The notes: a model not told the origin generated them from the sequence alone. DNA of 64,000 nucleotides from Glycera tridactyla (GCA_965644265.1 OZ286470.1:84878001-84942000), one strand, 5' to 3'; positions 50,524-62,820 are shown, numbered from the stretch's first letter. Program-made: numbers and translations.

Positions 50524-50651
50524 GCATGATGAATGGATACGGTGCGCTGTATGGCGATGGCGAAGAAAACAAAGATGACTTCGAGTTGGGACCATTATCT
50601 TTCACACAGGGCTCTTTCCCATTTTATGGCACCGCTGCTACAGAAATCTAC
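50524..50651 (+). CDS. Exon encoding the start of a NIDO-like domain (MMNGYGALYGDGEENKDDFELGPLSFTQGSFPFYGTAATEIY)
   Basis: TTTTCCAG acceptor, GTAAGT donor, phase 1 start; YG..YGD...DD...FPFYG...IY resembles the N-terminal NIDO region of SNED1/tectorin-like proteins. Confidence 0.75.
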
Positions 50652-51089
50652 GTAAGTATCCAACACTCAGCAACTGAGTATGGTCCCATAAAATCATGAC
50701 TCTGAAACCTAACTTTTATGTATTATGAGATGGGATATTTCCAAACCCTCATTCGCCCCATGTCATGGTGCATTAATGAAAGGGAACCGAGAAGAATCTC
50801 AGCTTGGAGAAGTTGACAGTTCAGACACACCTCTTCACACCTTACATGAAGCTGATGAAGCAAATGATTGGATATCCAACTATGAAACAGGCAACGGAAC
50901 TCAATTTTTTTTTAATTCTTTATTTTCTCTCATATATTGGCCCCGTATCTGAAAACCAGATAAATTCAGGGTCACAGAGAACAAATGAACATATATACAA
51001 TATTTACATGACATACAAAAGTAGAAAGAGAAATGGTAGAGAATTGGTATAACAAGACCTGACAGCTATTGAAGTCATGTGAGGAAGTC

Positions 51090-54013
51090 GATTCAGTCTT
51101 GTAGAGTGCTTAGTTTCTCATGCTCACGAGTTTTCAACTTATTTCTCAGTGACTTGGCATTGTCCAGGGTTTTTAAATCTTCATCAAGTGTATTCCAGAG
51201 CTGGCTGCCTCACAGGGAAATGTTACTTCAGCTCATTTCGCATCTTAGTCTGGGAATTTCGATCATAGTTTTCTCTGACTGTCTGGTGTTCATTCCTGAG
51301 GAGATTTTCATCTGGATTCTATCCGAGATTAGTGGTGGGACATGGCGTGATATTATCTTATGAATCTCAACCATAGATTTGATATTTTGCTGGTCTTGTA
51401 GATGAAGTATGTCCGTACTTTTGTGGACATACAAGCTGGGTGTCAGACGGTCAACATTGAGGACGCAATTCAAGGCTTTGTTTTGTGCGATTTGCAATTG
51501 TTTCTTGTTAGTCTTTGTGGTTGCGTCGTAAATGTAGTCAACATAGTTGAACAGAGGATCGATAAGGGCTTTGAATAGTTTCATTGCCACATGTTTATTG
51601 ATAAAAGAGCATAAGCGCCACAAGACACCAGTTTTGTATGTTACTTTATTTATGACCGTACTGATATGTTCGCTGAAGTTTAAGAGCAGATCTAAGGTCA
51701 AGCCCAGATATTTGAATGAGGTTGTCTTGTCAATTTTCACATTGTTTAGTTCCATGAATATATCTTTAGTCTTTTCGATTTTGGTTCGAGTTCCAAAGAA
51801 CATGGATTTACATTTCTTTAGATTCAGGGTGAGCTTATTGGCATTGAACCATGTTTGAGATGAAAGTAGATCTTTGGTGAGTGTATTGCTTACTATTTTG
51901 GGGTCGTCATGACTGAATAAAATGGCGGTGTCATCCGCATAGAGAAATGGAGTGCAGGAAGGTACATATTGGACAATATCATTTACGTACATCGTGAAAA
52001 GGAGGGGGGCCAAGTATTGACCGTTGTGGTACTCCGAGTTCAATGTTTAGGGTTTCCGAGGTTTTTTGTGTTATTTGTGACAGTTTTCTGTTTCCTGTTA
52101 GATAGATACGAACTAAACCACGAGAGGGTGCTAGACTTAAAACCAAGGCCTCTTAATTTGTTCATGAGTATAGTGTGGTCTACAGTGTCAAATGCCCTGG
52201 AGAGGTCAAGGAAGAGAACCCCACTAGTCTTGCCTTGTTCAATTGCATTATAAATTTCATCAAGAAATGCCATGAGGCAAGTACCAGTGGAGTGTCCCCT
52301 CCTGAACCCTGTCTGGGCATGCATTAGAAGGTTGTTTTTTGTCAAATGTTCATGTGTCTGTGTATGTACTACTCTCTCAAGAATTTTGCTGACTGTGGCT
52401 AGGATGGAGATGGGTCTATAGTTGGATGGGGAGGTTGGGTTTCCAGCTTTGAATAATGAACGTATCCTGGCTGTTTTCCAAGTATCTGGGAATTTTTTGG
52501 TCAAAATACTTCTGTTCACAAGGTGCAGGATGATCGGACTGATTTCTCTCGAGGTCAATTTCAGGAGATCTGATGAGATATAGTCATCACTACATGATTT
52601 AGTGTTGGACAGTTCTTTTATGCACTCTTCAATTATTTCAGTGGTGATCGTTTTCAGGTCGAAAATCGGTGGACAGTAAGCTACATATTCGGTTTCAGGT
52701 AATTTGGGTATTTCTGCCACAAGTTTGTTTGCGATATTACAAAAATGGGAGTTTAGTTGATTAGCAATGTCAAGGTTGCTGGTAAGACCATTTATTTCTT
52801 TTATGTCATCCTCGCAATTCGGGTTGTCAGGAAGTATTTTATGTAATTCCTTCCAGAGTTTCTTTTCATCATCTTTATGTTGGTCTAGTTTATTTTCAAT
52901 ATACTCTGATTTCAGCTTCCGACATAGGCAGTTGCATTCCCTGACAGCATTCTTTCTCATGTTCAAGAGATAATCTGATGGGTTTTTCTTGTAAAGTCGC
53001 GAAAGGTATTCTCTTCTATCGATATAACTTAGGAATAGTTTGTTGACCCAGGGAGCATTGTTTGACCGCACTCTGATTTTTATAAGAGGCAGGTGGCGAT
53101 CAATCAGTGTGAGCATTATGTTGTTGAAAGCAATAGTTGCTCGTTCAATATCAGATTCATTTAGGACTGGGCTTCATTCAGTGGACATAACATCATTTCT
53201 AAAAGTTTCCGTGTTAAATCTATGGCGGGAGCGAATAGTTATGGTTTTCTTCGGATTGCTCCGTTTTGGGTACTTTCTACAGGTAAAGACCATGCTATGG
53301 TCACTGAGACCCGGGTCTATGGTCTCCCAGCGATGGTAGTATGCGCTGTTACTGACGCAGATATGATCTATTATTGTCGAACTGTTATTTGTAACTCTTG
53401 TCCGGTGGTTGATAATCTGGGTTAGTTTCTCTTGTTCTATAAATTCCCTATACACTTTGGGCGTACTTCGTGTTTTAGTAGTATCTATATTCATGTCTCC
53501 AAGTAGTATTAGTTCCTCATTTTTTCTACTGGTGGTGCTATTGATTGCGATACTTAAAGTATCGATAGCACTCTTGAGGTTGCCATCTGGTGGCCTATAG
53601 CAGGCACCGATAAGAATGGGTTTTGTTCTAGGGAGTTGAAGCTTAAGCCAATAGGACTCAATAATCACGGTTTGATGTGTTGATATTCAGTATTTCCTCT
53701 ACGGAGTATACGATCCTGGAATATATGACGATGCCACCTCCTGTTTTTTTGCAATTTGTTTGTCTCTGTGTTGGCGGAATAAATTAAATCCGTTGACAGA
53801 TATTTCGTCATTTTTGATGTTGCTATTTAAGAAAGTCTCATTTAGGATCAGAAAGTCTAATTTGCCTCTCTCTAATAGTAGGCTGACGGAGTCGAATTTG
53901 GACATGAGTCCACGAATATTGCAGGCAGCAAAAGAGACGCCATTTAGTTTCGATAAAGACTGGGTGAAATAGTCAATTGTGGAGAGCTGGGTTCTCGAAG
54001 GGAACACAGCCAT
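51090..54013 (-). pseudogene. LINE B ORF2 (APE endonuclease + RT), several frameshifts/stops
   Basis: CNIRGL, LNETFL, GGGIVIY, CYRPPDG, GDMNID, IIDHI, SDH, NYRPISIL, FLDLSRAFDTVDH, LYADD, FKYLG. Confidence 0.93.
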
Positions 54014-54159
54014 GATTGTTGCGATGATCGAGTGATGATCGGATCGCTATGGGATCAGCCAGGGATGATCGCGTTATCCGAATTGTAAAGGTCTTTTCTA
54101 TTATGCAAAAGTTTTATCACCAGTGAAAAAGATAGGAGTGTCGACGGGTCGTCGCATAG

Positions 54160-55146
54160 TCAGTGCCCAATAAGGGTTATTCCTTCATTCCATATGCTAG
54201 ACCAGTTTGGGTTTGTTATACCAATCAGATCAGAGAGTGTTTAGAGATGAGGGAACAGCAGAAGAAGACAGAAAAACAAATGGTGCCCAATCAGGGTTAT
54301 CCCATGTTTATATCAGAGAAAGATAGGAAGGTCAAATATATTGTAGGTGATGTCATCATAATACAGTGTGAACATAATTGAGTAGAAATTTTGCACAGCT
54401 CGGGTGGTTTTCATGGGTGTCCGATAGGGGTTGTTCCCATGTTATGTTGTTATACCCTATGTCCATATTCTCTATGCAAAGTAGGTATTTGCGCTGCTGG
54501 CGTGGTGGGGGAGGAGTATTATCGCATTCGGTGACTAGGTCCAGGCTGTAGGTGGCGGAACGCTTGGTTATGGTGCCGTCCTCCAGATGGCGGTTGAGTC
54601 GCGGCGGTGTGAGAAAGGGTAGCATATCGCAGTGGTGGTGATAGCACTAAAAAAAGGTACACTGAACCACAAAGTAACGTTTGACAGACCAGGGTTCCCC
54701 AAAAGGGTCTTACCCGTCTTGCTTCAGGTACAAGTAAGAATACCATATTCAAAGATGACGTGTTCAGGTTAATAAGACCACAGAGAGGGTGCCCGATATG
54801 GGATATGCCCACCTGTTTTCATGGGAGCTCAATCGTTTTCTAAGTATTGGGTGCCCAATCAGGGTCGCTCCCATATTTACCTGTCAGATCTTATCAATCA
54901 ATTTCCATACGTCATGAAGGTGTGTAGGAAGGAGAGGACAAATTACCTGGCAGAGGTGGCGAATAATTGGTGGGAGCCCAATTGGGGTTGTTCCCACAGA
55001 ATTTTTTTTTTTTGAAAATATATTTTTGTTCAGGCAGAATTTCATACAGTATAGCATGGTGATCCGTTTTTGGCATATGATTATGTCGACATCAGAAGAT
55101 ACAGGTGAGAGGACAGTGTGAGGGTGCCCAATAAGGGTTTTTCCCA
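54160..55146 (-). other. Array of 7 related GGG/CCC hairpin motifs in the LINE B esterase-ORF2 spacer
   Basis: + strand (GG)GTGCCC-N5-GGG-N4/5-CCC at ~54163, 54283, 54417, 54694, 54789, 54851/54974 region and 55124 (54851 and 54974 are separate copies; 54163 and 54694 are the most degenerate). Confidence 0.65.
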
Positions 55147-55578
55147 AATAGTCAATACATTTTACGTGTCATACATTTAACGTGGCATATCAATCATCAT
55201 GGTAAAGTACGATTCATACAGGCTGTAGAGAAAAGGCATTCTGACTGAGACAGATCGGTTTATCAGTAGATTGATACGCGTACATGGTTAAATTCACACA
55301 TACATCTACATACTCATGTACACATGTCAAGTAACACTTACACTTTGAGATGCACCATCATTCATACATACACGTTCTCGCCATGTACCAGAGCACATTT
55401 ATCACATATGAACACTTGCATTTACACAATGACACTCAGTGTTCAAAGTTTTACTATCAGATGTCTAGATCAAGGTTGTTCACGGATCTCTATCAGTTTG
55501 CTGATGGCAATACACTGGACACAGTGCATAGGGAAAGTGCAGTTTCCTTATCACTTTTCTTAGGATTCAGTTTGCACC

Positions 55579-56485
55579 TTAATGGGGGCCATAGATATTG
55601 GCTACAGATTGTTGAAGGGGGATAGCCAATTGTCTGGCAAGGAGTTCATAACCCCACCAGTTCAAATGGATGTTATCCTCCTGCATCAAGGCAGGATTGA
55701 TGATTTGTTTGTTTTCATGTCAAATATACAGCGGTGTCGTATCAATAGATTTGATCCTAATGCCAATTTCTGTATACATGGTTCTCGTGATATAATAATT
55801 AAGGTAGCGACAGAACTGTCTGGTTTCTGGCATCCACCAAGATCTTTCAAGAATGGGGATGTAGGCAAGTGGGCATGCGGGCATATGTACGCGGAAACCT
55901 GGGATCACTTGGCGGATAAGTGCACTTAATTGATGAAACCAGTTGTCTGAGAGAATAGCTCTGCAAGTGGCTAGGTCTAAGACGCTGTGTTCATTCGCTA
56001 GTTGGCGATTGGCAGCGTCGAAATCATCTAGGTCGTTTGAGCCTAGGCAGATTACACAGTAGTTAGGTACGAAATTCGGGGTGCAAGCGTATACAGACTC
56101 ATAGTAGGACGCCCACTGATTGCCATACCTTTGGAGCTTTCCCGGGTCAACGAAGATGCCATTTAGGCTGTCGGTGGCGGTTGACCACTTTAATCCCCCC
56201 ACCGCAACAAATTTCGAGTTGTTGAAAACTCGTTTAAGTGAGAACGGTGCATTAGGTGCATTTTGGAAATCGGAATTGGTAGACGTGTGAGCTTCCAATA
56301 AATTCAAGCTTAGGTGGACCGTAGATATCCAACCAATACCTGACGGTGTAGAGTTTGTCAAGGTAGACCGGCGGGTGGAGGGCGCTCCACGCATTTTGCA
56401 GTTGCATATCAGTTACTTCTAGCGGAGTTCTATAGCGTGGATTGTGAACATTCATATATATAGGCAGAGCGTTGGCCATGATCAC
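55579..56485 (-). pseudogene. SGNH/GDSL-family esterase ORF of LINE B (frameshift ~56270, in-frame stop 55720-55722)
   Basis: Block I LEFIGSSHV, block II VAVGGLKW, block III VICLGSNDL, block V EDNIHLNWWGYELLA, in the correct order. Confidence 0.85.
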
Positions 56486-56569
56486 AGTATTTGCCGATAG
56501 TCGAAAATAAATGTAAAAGGCTTACAGATTTCGATTTTGTAAGTACGGTCATACACGTCAGAAATGCTG

Positions 56570-56830
56570 ATTCCAGTTGGCTAGCGGTGTGAAGCGATTA
56601 GCGGTCGGGGGGTAAGCGCTGACTGGGGCTTGGTACGCCGGGGCGGTTTGGTTTGGTGGTGGGTATTGAAAGTCATTGTGGCGCGGCTGTATGTACATGG
56701 GAGGAGCAGGCGGTGGAGGGGGGTTCGGCATGCCAAGATTTGTGTGCGATTGTCCGGTTGGCTGGTTCCGTACCTAGGGTGGTATCATTGCCGTGGCGTT
56801 GTTGTCGTTTGGACGAGCACTTGTGAGATA
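56570..56830 (-). pseudogene. C-terminal Pro/Asn-rich tail of LINE B ORF1 (downstream of the CR1 insertion)
   Basis: MPNPPPPPAPPMYIQPRHNDFQYPPP...; a shifted frame ends NRFTPLANWNQHF*. Confidence 0.55.
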
Positions 56831-56982
56831 TTTACCTTAAGTATTTACCTTAAGTATGGTCATTAGGTACCCAATATAGGGTAATGAGACCCATACTCAG
56901 GTGGTGCTTCCTCTTCTTCTGTCGAAGTCGAGTCCGCTGCGGTACCTAATACATAGCGCTATGCGTGAGCGTGGGAGATTGA

Positions 56983-59962
56983 CTAGTAGGAGAAGCGATA
57001 CTGGAATTTGTCGGGGTGATTGTCCCACTCTGTGCCGAGTCTGTACTTGAAAGCCTCTTTGCTGGGTGCATCGACGGTTCCTTGTGACAGATTGTTCCAT
57101 GCCTGAGTGACCCTGGCTGCGAAGAATGATTTGCGAGCTCCCTGTTGGTGTTGCAGCTGCAGCTTGTGACTGTGGCCTCTGGTGGAGGTGCTGAGGGTGG
57201 GCTTGAAGAAGCTGTTACCGCAGGTGCTGCACTCTCGCTTGTGGTCGACTGTCAAAGCCTTTCAGGATCTTGTATGCCTGGATGATGTCTGTCCTCTGTC
57301 TGCGGAATTCCAAGGTGGGAAGGTTGAGGGTGCGCAGCCGCTCTGAGTACGAGAGGTGGGAGATGCCACTGACGAGTCTTGTTGCCCTCCTCTGGACCTG
57401 TTCAAGTGCATCCTTGTCACGTTTTAGTTTGGGGCTCCATACGACCGTGGCGTACTCTAGGTGTGGTCTGACGATGCTCTTGTACAGTGGCAGGAAGTTG
57501 CTCTTGTCTATTGTTGCGAAGGTATGCTTTATGGCGCCTAGGATCTGGTTGGCTTTGTTGACTTGGTTTGTGACGTGTTTTGCAAATGTCAGTTTCCGGT
57601 CTATTGTCACTCCCAGATCCTTTTCTTCCTCCACAGAGTCGAGTGTGTGGTTCTCTCCGGAGCTTGTGGCCATTGTGTAGATCCGGCCAGGGTTTCTTGC
57701 GCCCAGGTGCATGACCTTGCACTTCAGAGGGTGGAACAGCATCTGCATGTTTTTTGCCCATTCTTGGAGTTGATTTATGTCCCCCTGTAGGTCGCTTTGC
57801 TCGGTGTCCGTCTCGTTGATGATGCTGTAGACTTTGGTGTCATCTGCAAACATTGAAATGAAGCAATGCAGCAGCTGGGGGATGTCACAGACGAACATGG
57901 AGAACAATAGCGGTCCTAGGACTGATCCCTGTGGCACTCCGCTGGTCACATCAGCCCAGTCTGACAATTCGCCATTGACCATCACTCGTTGACGCCTGCG
58001 GGTGAGGAAGTTACGTATCCATCTGAGGATGCTGTCCTTGATGCCGAGCGATCTGAGTTGAGTGAGGAGTCGCTCGTGAGGCACGGTGTCGAATGCCTTC
58101 GCGTAGTCCAAAAACACGACAGGCAGGTTGTGGCTAAGGGCCTCCGTCCATATGTCGAGCGCTTCCAGAAGATTGGTCACTGTTGACTTCCCGCTGATGA
58201 AGCCGTGTTGTTGGTTGCAAAGTAGGTTGTTTACTTCCAGGTGGTTGAGCGTGGCTTCGCAAATGAACCTCTCTAGCAGCTTGCATAGGATCGAGGTTAA
58301 CGAGACTGGGCGGTAGTTGGCCGGGTCCGCTTTATCACCTTTCTTGAAGATGGGCGTGACGGTTGCGATCTTCCATTGCTGTGGTACTTCCCCTGTACTG
58401 ATGCTGCTTGAGAAGAGTAGTGTGATGGGGGCAGCAATTAGGTCGGCCAGTTCTTGCAGGACACGGGGGTGTAGTTGATCTGGGCCGGGGGCTTTGTCCA
58501 CCTTCAGTGATTTAAGCTTCTTTCTGACTTCTTCCTCAGATATTGTGATGCTGAGCTCCGAATCCAGGGACTTGGTGCTGATGTCGGGGAGGGAGGACAA
58601 GTCTTCTTGAGTGAATACTTTGATGTATTGTTGGTTGAGGATGTCTGCTTTGTCCTTGTTACTGCTCACAAACTCCCCTGCGTTGTTCCGGAGGTCGGCG
58701 ATCCCCACCTTGGTTTTTCTCCGACTGTTGACATAGTTCCAAAAGACCTTGTTGTTACCTCTGACCTCCTTGGCGAGCTTGGCCTCGAATTCCCTCCGTG
58801 CCTTTCTTGTAGCGTGTGAAGCTTCATTTCTGGCCCGTATATACTCCTGGTAGTCTGTGCCGTCCTTGGTGTTGAGGAATCGAATCCACGCGTGGTACTT
58901 CTTCCTCACCTTCCTCAACGCGCCGTGGTTCATCCAGAGTGGTTTTCTCCTCTTTGTCGTGTTGTTGGGCTTGATCATTGGTACATGCTGCTCTATGGCG
59001 TCGCAGATCAACTGTTCAATCGTGTTGGCCATTTCTTGTACTGATTTGTCTTGCAGTGCCGCCTGCCAATCGATGTTCAACGCTTTCCTCATCTCGTCGT
59101 AGTTGCCTTTGTTGTAGTTCCTCCTGGGGCTACAACCCTCTGGAGACTGTGAGTTGAAGGCCATGGTGAATGATATGCTGGTGTGGTCGCTGGCACCGAC
59201 GGGGTCCCTAATCATGAGTTGGTCAGCCATCTCCCACTCGTTCGTGAAGACTAAGTCATCCAGGGTGGACCTTTGTCCCTCCCTGTATCGAGTTGGTTCT
59301 GTTATGTGTTGGAGTAGGTAAGTATCACGGATACACTCGACAAACTGGTGCGCTGGGCTGCCTGGCGTGGCGATGTCATGGGTTTCAGGGTCAGGAGACC
59401 ATGATATATCTGGATGGTTGAAGTCTCCGAGTACAACTTTGTGGGTGTGAGTTGTGGTGGCTGCCCATTTTAGAATCTTGTGAAGTTTTGGGTCCTGGGG
59501 TATGGCTCTTGCTGGGGTGCCGCTCCTATAGATGACTCCAACTAACAAGCTCGCTTTGTCTTGGCCTTTGAGTGTGACCCATGTGCAGTCCTCGTAGTTG
59601 GCATCTGTACTGGGCTTGATTTGCTTTGCTAAGAGTTCTTTTTTTACATAGATTCCTGTACCTCTGGTGTCAGTGGCTGAGAAGTCGTTGGTGAAGAGGT
59701 CGTAACCGGGTATTCCCATGGTGCTGTGGTCAGGTACGTGGCCGATCTTTGGTTTCATTTCGGTGAGTGCCAGAATGTCGTAGCTGTCTGTTGTGTTCAG
59801 TGCTAGAAGTGCCTCGTACTTGCTCATGATGGAATTGTCGATGTTGGCATAGAAGATCTTCAGCCGGCCCTGGGTTGTTGTTCCTTGCCTAGGTTGTTGT
59901 GTTTCTTGCTGAGCCCTCATGCTACGGTGACCTCGACTATTTCGCCGTGCTTGATCATCCAC
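56983..59962 (-). CDS. CR1 ORF2 (APE endonuclease + RT), one frameshift at ~57250
   Basis: YANID, ALTE, IYRSG, GDFNHPDI, LDDL, SDH, NYRPVSLTS, FLDYAKAFD, GVPQGSVLGP, FADD, EKDLGV, RPHLEY; C-terminus continues TRGHSHKL...FFAARV...WNNL in the adjacent frame. Confidence 0.93.
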
Positions 59963-61062
59963 TTTCTGGTTGGGAATGCGGTGCGCTTGTCCTGGAGTTG
60001 GGCCTTCAAGTTTTTTGACTCTTCCTGCTGTTTTTTTGTGAGATCGGGGCAGATGTACACTTTGGAGTATGTTTCGTGGTTGCTGGATCGAAGGTCCTTA
60101 GCCCTGGATAGGATGAGTTTTTTCTCACTCATGGCTTCAAGTGTCACTCGCAGTAGCCTGTGCTTGTTGTCTATCTTGGTCCCCAGTCTGGCTGTGTCCT
60201 GTACCTTGACTGACAGGTTGAATTCTGCCTTGATCATGTCCCGGAATGCTTCGGTGTCAATCTCCGAGCTGTCTGTTTCAGGGAAGTTGAAGATCATCAG
60301 GTTTAGCCTCCGTTTTTCTATGTCTTCAAGCTCGGACAGTCCTTGTCTTAGGGCACGTGAGTCGCTGGCACTGTATACAGTCCGGGGTGCCCTGGGGGGT
60401 GCCTTTTCTTCGAGTTGAGTTAGCCTATCCCCAAGGGTTGTTTGTAGTGCATCGATTTTGTCGTTGATGTCACCTGCAGGTGCAGGTTCGATACCGTCAA
60501 TCTTGGCTAGCAGTTCCGCATGGTGTCTGTCAATCTTCTTGTCCGTTGCCGCCAGGTCTGATTTCAGTGAAGTGATTTCATCGGAGTTTTGCTTGGACTG
60601 GGTGGCTACTTTGTCGAGACTTGATTGGATGGACAGCTGGTTGCGCTGGATTGCAATAATCTGCAGCCTCAGTTGCTTTGCACCGTGCTTGCATGACAAA
60701 CAGTACCATGCACAGTTGTCACCGTCCTCTGCTAGAGCATCGTAGAGTTTTGTTGATACCTTCTGACACTTGATATGGTACCACTGTAGAGATACCTCGC
60801 ACTCGAGTGCTTTGTCGCTGTTGTTGACGCGTTTGCTGCATGAGCCACATAAGCATTCTACACTACTTGCTACACTACCGCTACTAGAACAACTCTCCTT
60901 ACTTGGTTCATCTGCAGGCTTCGTTGCGTCATCTGCTGGAACCGCCCCTGCTGTTGTGCTAGTAGAGTATTTAGGGTCTTTACTCACAGATGCGGAGCGC
61001 TTTGGTCTACTCTTGGTTCCATTGTCTGCACTTCCAGTGTCAACTTCCTGTTCGTCGGCCAT
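59917..61062 (-). CDS. CR1 ORF1 (PHD finger + coiled coil + RRM-like domain), 381 aa, open
   Basis: CGSC...CEVS...WYHIKC...WYCLSC (one Cys replaced by Ser), KRRLNLMIFNFPE, RLG...RLLRV, VYICPDLTKKQQE. Confidence 0.9.
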   Translation of the reverse strand: MADEQEVDTGSADNGTKSRPKRSASVSKDPKYSTSTTAGAVPADDATKPADEPSKESCSSSGSVASSVECLCGSCSKRVNNSDKALECEVSLQWYHIKCQKVSTKLYDALAEDGDNCAWYCLSCKHGAKQLRLQIIAIQRNQLSIQSSLDKVATQSKQNSDEITSLKSDLAATDKKIDRHHAELLAKIDGIEPAPAGDINDKIDALQTTLGDRLTQLEEKAPPRAPRTVYSASDSRALRQGLSELEDIEKRRLNLMIFNFPETDSSEIDTEAFRDMIKAEFNLSVKVQDTARLGTKIDNKHRLLRVTLEAMSEKKLILSRAKDLRSSNHETYSKVYICPDLTKKQQEESKNLKAQLQDKRTAFPTRKWMIKHGEIVEVTVA

Positions 61063-61194
61063 GACAGTTGCGTTGCTAGGGGGTTGTTTACCCTACCAAG
61101 GTACAAAGAAATTCCTGGATCAGCTGTCCAGCTTGTATTATCATATACCATATTTTGAAGCCGCGATTGAATTGGTATCAAGCCGGAATTTCGA

Positions 61195-62820
61195 ATATCT
61201 AAATTTGGCGTGCGATTTTTGATTGGTATTGATTGATATAAACTTTGATTGTTGGAATCTCGTAGATTGTCGGGGAAGTCCCTGTCATAGTTTGCGGTGA
61301 AATGACTGTTGCTGGTCGGATTAGAAAAGTTGCGCGGCGGTTGGTTTCTGTGCGCAGGTGGGGGCGGTATGTTGTTTTGAGGGTAATGTTGGTTCTGTAG
61401 ATTGCGAGGTTGGCGCGGTGGGAAGTTGGTTTGGGAGGGACACCTTCTTGTTTCGCATTTTCGACACCGCTAATTAACACAGATGCGTCTTTTACAATTT
61501 TCGGCAAAGATTCGCTTGTTTCAGTCGCCCACACCTTTCCATTTTCAGTCCAGGTGTGATCAATAACACAGTATTTGCGGGCTTCTCTCGATTGATGAAA
61601 AAGATGGCTATTGTCTGGGGTCAAATGTTCTTTCAAGAATATTTGTGTATTGCGGAGTTCTCCTTTTAGCCTAAGGATGTTTTTTTTAACTGTGGGCGTG
61701 ACAAACTCGACTCTAATCGTCGGCGGTTTTGAGGTTTCAGTACTATTGTTCTTCATTGGTCCAAAATAATGACAATGCAAGACATCATTTCTCGAAATGG
61801 AGATGCCAAGACGACTGTTGAGTTCGGATAGGATGCTATCCGTAAGTGGCCTACCGTCTTTAGGAATGAAGCCATCAATCAAGATTACATTAGCTCTTTC
61901 ACTCAGTTCTAAGTTTTCCAGTCTTCCAGTGACTTTTTTTAATTCTGTTTTAGTGTCATTTAGCTCACGAGTAATTACATTGAGGAGGTGAGATGTCCAT
62001 GGCATCGGGACTTGATTTCTGCTCTTCTTCAATGGCGGATATTCTTTTAGTGCAATCAGAGATTCTTGATGCAAGTGTGTTGAGAAGTAAGATCAAGTCA
62101 TCAACACAATTGTTGAGTGAATTTTCATGGTCTTTTTTGATATCAGCCATAAGTTCAGATTTTAGTTCATGCATCATTTGGTCTTTGAAGTTTGCATAGT
62201 CAAATGGTAGGGAATCAAAGTAAAACCAAGTTTGATCAGATTTATCGGCCATATTGACTAATTGTGGTATGGACAGATCAAAGCCAGGACTGGTATTGGT
62301 ACTATTACCAGGGGTGGTCCTATCTGAGGGGTCGGTGATCACACTTTGGCCCGGATGTATGGACATGCCGCTGTCGGGCGGCGATTCGTCCCCTCTCTCA
62401 CTAGGTTGGCGACCGCGGCTATTTGGTGACCCTGTAGTAGGACTTGTAGTAGGACCACTTCTCGATTCAACATTGTCAGGGGTTTTCTGTTTCTGGTTTT
62501 TATCTGGAGGGACATCGCCAGTTGGCGAGAAGTGATCGTGATTGCGTTTGACACTGGATGCGTTATTGGGTGTCAGTGGGGTATCTGGCTCAATTAGTGT
62601 TGGAGTGGTAAGAGGGTCTTTATGCTGGTCTGAATCGGGGGTCCGTGGCGTCCATAGTTACCGTTTGTTTTGAAACACTATCCGTTGCTGAAAATTTAAG
62701 ATCCGCGGCTGAAGCTCTCAGTTTAAGTTCCGCTTCTGATGAGTGTGCGTTTACATCCTTCGTAGTGTATTCCGTGATTTGGGGCTGTCCTGGGGGTGCT
62801 GTAAGTGGTTTAGATGCCAT
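61195..62820 (-). pseudogene. LINE B ORF1 (disordered N-terminus, coiled coil, L1-type RRM/CTD), frameshifted
   Basis: RLENLELSERANVILIDG, DVLHCHYFG, IRVEF, IFLKEHLTPDNSHLFHQSREARK, WTENGKVW; parallels LINE A ORF1. Confidence 0.82.

Larger units (their letters stand above)
56832..61194 (-). mobile_element. Near-intact CR1-clade LINE nested in LINE B
   Basis: PHD ORF1 overlapping ORF2; 3' terminal 13-bp tandem repeat (acttaaggtaaat x2 on the minus strand); possible 4-bp ATAT duplication at 56828-31 and 61195-98 (uncertain). Confidence 0.88.

Noticed and set aside
57270-60745. Antisense ORFs overlapping the CR1 ORFs (e.g. 57270-57680, 59885-60418)
   Set aside because: Expected shadow frames of GC-balanced coding sequence, with no independent motifs.
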